A stretch of DNA of 64,000 bases from the human T2T-CHM13v2.0 reference genome, Homo sapiens. Positions 58,166 through 64,000 of the stretch are shown piece by piece (within the stretch, counting starts at the first letter, position 1; each line of letters opens with the position of its first letter). The DNA lies in NCBI RefSeq assembly GCF_009914755.1, contig NC_060940.1; one strand, 5' to 3'. The notes under the pieces were generated by a model. The model made no database searches. It was not told the DNA's origin and saw nothing but the letters and a program-made list of their open reading frames with translations. The position numbers and the translations under genes were made by a program.

Positions 58166-60044
58166 CCTGCTTCATTTTTGAAAAAGGAAATGAGGCTCTG
58201 GGAGGTGAAGGCCTTGCCCAGGCTCATGCGGCCAGTATGTGGCAGAGCTCGACTCTGACTCAACGACGTAGCAGAGCTTCACTCTGAGTCCACGCCCCTG
58301 AATCCGTTCAGGAGAATGGTCACCTTCTCTCTTTGCTGCTGTTCTTGGACTCCGTGTCCGGGCGCCCTTGTGGTCTCTGCTGCAGCTCTGGGCTGAGACC
58401 CCTGGCCCTGGATAGACTAGAACCCAAAAATCCTAGTCCTGGGATGCTGGTTCTTTCATTTCATAGATGAAGGAGACTGTGGCTTAGGGAGGCCAGTGGA
58501 TTCGCTTAACGTCACCCAGGAGGTCAGAGGCTGGTCTGGGACTATTTCTTCTAGATGTGCACAAGGCAGTAACCACAATGAGCTTCTTTTTCTAAGAGGT
58601 AAAAAGAGGTTGATTGCAAACAATCAGGATTCAGACTGGTTACCAGGGAGACAGGGGCCATTCTGGAAGGTTTTTGAGCAGGAGATGACTCTGGAAGTAT
58701 GGGAGGTGACCGTGGACCCTTAGCAGGGCCCCATGTGTGTGCCAGGAAGACTAATGACTCGAGTGTTGGGATTTTTTTTCCCCCTTGCTCAAATGCATTT
58801 GGGAAACAGTTAGATTAAAGACAGTTAACCAGGCGCTTTGGCTGCAGGACTTATCAGTGCCTTTAATGCACGGATGTCTACTGTGTTGGACTTCTGTTCT
58901 GTGCAGTGTGTTTCAGGAAATGGCTGAAAAGACCTTCTCTCCAGGGTGCGAATCTGAAGTTCTGCTGCCAAGGTTGGGGTGGACACAAGTGTCTACAGAG
59001 CAGGATCCAAGGTGCCTAGGTCTGTGTATTTTTTTTTAAGAAGAGGCTAAAAGTGAGTGGCTAAAAATGGCTAACAGTGAGTGTTCGGGGCAGTCATAGC
59101 TCAGCCAGGGCCGGTCGTGAGGCCAGTAGCTTTCAGATCATCATAAAGACTTGTTCCCGGTACAGGAATCACTCAGGAGATTTGTGAGGTGGGAAAAGGG
59201 AGAAACAGACCTGTCCAGACTCCACCATCCAATCGCAGGCATGTACCTCTGCCTACGTGTGAGGGGAGAGGAGGAACAGGCATAGGTGAAGTCAGCTATC
59301 TTATGGTTGGTGGAATTTTAAGTACTTTAATATTTTTAATATAAGATTTAAAAAACCCACAGAGGAGCTTGAGCTCCATTCACTGGGGCGGTAATAAGCC
59401 ACTGTGTATTTGGAGCGGGGGTGAACGACGCTGTAACAAAACATCTTACAAGAAGGATTTTTCTGAGTGCCACCGGGCAGGCGAGTTGGAAGAAGGAGAG
59501 GAGGAAATCAGCAAGAACCACGTTGGAGGTGGGGGCCGTAACCCTGGCTGGGACAGGGGTGGCAGCTGTCAAAGGAGAGTTGGAAGCAGCTTTGCAGCTT
59601 CCCATGTTCCTGAGGCCCAGAGAGGTTAAGTCACTTGCCTCGAGTCACGCAGGGGATGGACTTGGATGCAGCTCTCTGGATTTAGAGTCTTGGAGTATTG
59701 CTCTATGCCACATTTGTCAAATCCGCCTTCTTCTGCCCTATATTTCTGACACCATTTGGGTCCCCCCTGCTAATCCCCTGTCGAGGTAAAGATTCCAGGG
59801 GGTGCATTTGCACCATTGAGGATGACCACTGCAGCGTCTTGTGGTCGTCAAAATTAACCCCATGAACTTAACCACGAAGGAGAAGACTCAGGATGCACCA
59901 GGGCACCGCACTGCTGAGACTGTCCCGGAAAGGTTAGAAAGAATGAGAGCCTCTGTGTTTCAGAAGTCAGCAGCCTAATTCCATTTACACAGAGTTAAAA
60001 AATAAAACAAATCAAAGCCAGCAGCTCCTGTTCCCATCACTTCT

Positions 60045-60365
60045 GACCTGCAGCCCCTGGTCTGATACCTTTGGGGCCAGATATGTCTCGGAAGTCAGGA
60101 TTTTTCAGAACCTCAGACAGATGCTTTAGTACCGATGCTGTGTTTGACACGACACCCCAGCGGAGTCGGGGGCAGCACCCGATAACCAAACACGGTCATG
60201 TTTCTGCTGCAAAACATGTGAGTATTCACGCCCAGTGGGGAAAAACGAGGGCTCTAAATAGTCTCAGGGCAGGGCAGTTTTTGCTGCCAAACGAGTTAAG
60301 AAAAACGTATGGTTTCCAGAACTTTTGGACTTGGGGGTTGTGGGTAGAGGGTTGGGGCCCGTGTT
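60045..60365. mobile_element. DNA transposon relic (MER46C/Tigger-like)
   Basis: Inverted homolog of 19445-19720. Confidence 0.55.
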
Positions 60366-62928
60366 ATCATTGTCTCGACCTGAGTGAGGCCCCTGAAATG
60401 TTGAGTAATGTGCATGGGATAATCTCAGTTTAGGTGACTAGGGAGAGAAGGCCCCTCTGTCCTCTGGAACTTTGTTCCAAGTTCCAACTTGTTCACAAGT
60501 TTCATGGAGAACTTGGAGGGGACCTGCATCTGACTGTCAGCCCCTGGGGGATGGGAGAGGAGAGAGCAGGGAAGGGATTGGCGTCAAGTTCACGTGTGCA
60601 CTCCTGCGTCTTGGCTTGTCACAATGAGTGTGTGTGACTTTCTTAATTTGAGAGAGAAAGAGAAAAAAGGGCCCTCAGTGTGGCTGGTACTGGCTGAGTC
60701 TCTGGTGCCCAGGGGGAGTTTGGAGAGTTTTCTGGATTCCATCCGAGGCCTTTGGTAAGCATTGTTTCTCGATGGGTGGAACACAGACGTGCTCTTTCCC
60801 CGGTTGCTGGCAGCCAGACCTGCCCTGACCTTGAGCAGCTCCATAAATTAATCCAGCGACATGCTATCCTTCTTTGCCAAGGCTCCCTGTGTTGGGAGGG
60901 AGTCCCATTAGGCCCTGTGTTTAGACCGCATGTTTAGACGGGGCGGGGGGGCCTGCCGGAATTTTCATTCCCTCATTCAGAAGCTAAATGGATCTTTTAT
61001 TAAGATCAGCAGAATCCATTTTTAACTGAATTTGAAGGTCACCCTGGGCTTGGGTTTCTCCCCTGTGAATATGTGTCCAGGACACTTGGAGAAGCCTGTA
61101 CTGCGTCAGAGGATGAGCACTGGCCAGGGAGTCTGGAGACCCCGGTATGGGACCTGCTGCTTATTTGGTGATCTCAGGCCAGCCGCTTAACTTCTGCGTT
61201 TCCTGTGGGGTCAGACGAGGGGTTGGATGTGATTGATTTATCGATCAGCCATTTATTGAGCACCTCCTGCATGCCGGGCACAGAGACAACAAGACCTGGC
61301 CCCTCGGAGCTCGGAGCCTGGCGGGGAAGCCAGACACAGGGACGGGCAGTTCAGAACGGTGGACCCAGAGCCACTTGGGGATCCACGTGGGAAGGGGGAT
61401 TGTGGGACCCCAGTGAGCCCCCTCCGTCCACTTGGAGAGGGGCGGGAAGGGAGTCTTCCCAATGCCTGGGAAAGGGAGAGATGAGGCTCACTAGCCACAG
61501 AGAGAAGAGCAGGCAGTTAATTTTAAAGGACTCCAGCCCTTTCTCTTCCTCGGGGAATTTCTTACATATAACTGGTTTTTTGCTTACAGCGTCTTTAACT
61601 CAATTCCTGTTCCAGCATAACACCCAGGGTGTCACTTCTAGCTTTAAAATCCCAAATCTTTTATCTCAGCCTAGGGCCTAAAACCCAAATAATTCAGGTC
61701 TTCCACTTGGTTCCAGAAGATGGGTCCTGGGGACAGTGTTTCCTGCGTCGCCGGCAGTCACAAGAGCGCTGGCCTCTCTGCAGACTAAAGTCAATCCCTC
61801 TCTATGCTAGGAAGCTTGGCAGCTCCCTCCGGGTTCAAGGCCCTCCCTGGTCCTGGCGTCCCCACTCTGTGTCCCCTTAGAGCAAGCAACTTCATCTGCC
61901 TGCCCCATCTCCTCGTTGGCCAAGGGACCTAGAGGGGCAGTCCCCTCCTGCACGTTGTTATAGCTGAGAATCCGAGGCCTGGAGCAGAGAGAGGGTTTGT
62001 CCGGGTAGCACCGCCAGCCCAGGGTCCCCACGGGGCTGTTGGAGCAAAAATCAGCGTGGTTCTCGTGAGGTGTGTTTTCTTTCCATCTTGGATGTGTGGT
62101 GAGCACGCAGGGCAATTCCTAGATACAGTCAGTGACAAACCAAATGCCAAGGAGTCAACAACTCCTGCCTCCTACCGAGAGCACCCCTTGGTTGGGCGAG
62201 TCCTGTTCCAGCAGAGGGTGGCCAGGACGTGCAGGTGTGGCCCTCAGCGTCCTCACACCTCAGGCTGGGAGTCAGCCTCTATGTGGGTGGCAGAAGGGAA
62301 GGAAGATCAGAAGCCCTGGCCACCACTGGGAGGGCTGGGAGCTGCAGTGAACCTGAGGACCCACAGGGTCACTGTAGCTCCCAACCATGGGGACCAGGGC
62401 TCAGAAAGACCGAAGTCATGTGTTCCTGGCTGTAAAAGGGGAGAGGAAAGGGTCCTCTCTACGGACGAGGTCAACAGGGGATGAGAGCAGCTGGCAAAGT
62501 ACACTGAGACATGTCCTTGGAACGTGTTTCCTAGGCCCCAGCTGTGGGCCAGGCTTGTCCTTGGACAGGGTGGGGGTGCCTAGCTGTGGTCAACACAGAC
62601 CAGAGTCCCCGGCTGCCAGGAGCTGACCTTGCGATGGGGGAGACAGGCCATAAAGCAGTGGATGAGCAGAGCCAGGGTGCATCCAGTGGTGATGTGCTGG
62701 GAGGGTCGGGATGGGGGTAGCCTGAGCTCTGCTGGCCAGAGTCTGGGGCTGGGGAGGGCTGCCGTCTTCCCTGGACAGTGCCCACTCAGCCCTGGATGCC
62801 ACGGTTCTTTCTGCTGAGACTGCAATGCCCCCATTTGATTCCGCCCTACACTGCAGAGACCCCCCACCCCGACCCTTTAGCCCCTTGCTCCTTGCCAGGC
62901 CTCCTTGTTTTGAGAAAATATGAGCTAG

Positions 62929-63635
<707 letters not shown>

Positions 63636-64000
63636 TAAACACCCTCTCCAAGAATACAAACCAGAGGGTCCAGCTGCGTTTAATTTATCAGAGGCGCATC
63701 GGCTTAGCTGCGAAAAGAGACACGTTTCTTCTCCAGGAGGCCCCTCCGCTGATTTCTGGGTAATGCGTAGTTTTTTCTCCTGTGAAAAGTGCTGCGGGCC
63801 GGAACACCGAGTTTGCAGCTCTTCCCTTTTTTTTTCTCTCTGAAGTCTAAGTTTGGGAGCTCAGGATCCAAAAAGGATGACATTGGGACATTCTATTCAG
63901 AAGGTATGCTTTGCCCACTCAGCCACACAGCAGGGAACGGTTTTGAGCAGGGGTGTGATGTGGCTGGCAGACCCCCGTGTGGAGACCAAGGTGGCTTCCA

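Overview
Primate, most likely human, GC-rich genomic DNA dense in Alu, MIR, L2, old L1, MaLR LTR and DNA-transposon relics. It has one convincing protein-coding unit: a CpG-island promoter (~32.9-34.5 kb) followed by a very large first coding exon (ATG 33693 to the splice donor AAG|GTAAGC after 35975; 2283 nt, 761 codons, phase 0). The exon encodes five copies (four clear, one degenerate) of a Cys4 module, CxxC-x(43-53)-CxxC, with a central (P)FFPFL signature and an LxxQWxx(F/H)E helix. From memory, not from a search, this is the far-upstream first exon of a long GSE1 isoform (16q24.1). It would be an N-terminal extension missing from the commonly studied GSE1 protein and may correspond to the Cys-rich repeats of Drosophila Plexus. 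The 5' leader holds a (CCG)11 tract, upstream ORFs and a 20-bp inverted repeat. The remaining ~28 kb reads as intron 1, with no second exon I can support. The upstream 33 kb is repeat-rich, with several minisatellites. Almost all other listed ORFs are repeat or GC artefacts. Repeat boundaries and subfamily calls were made by eye and are approximate.
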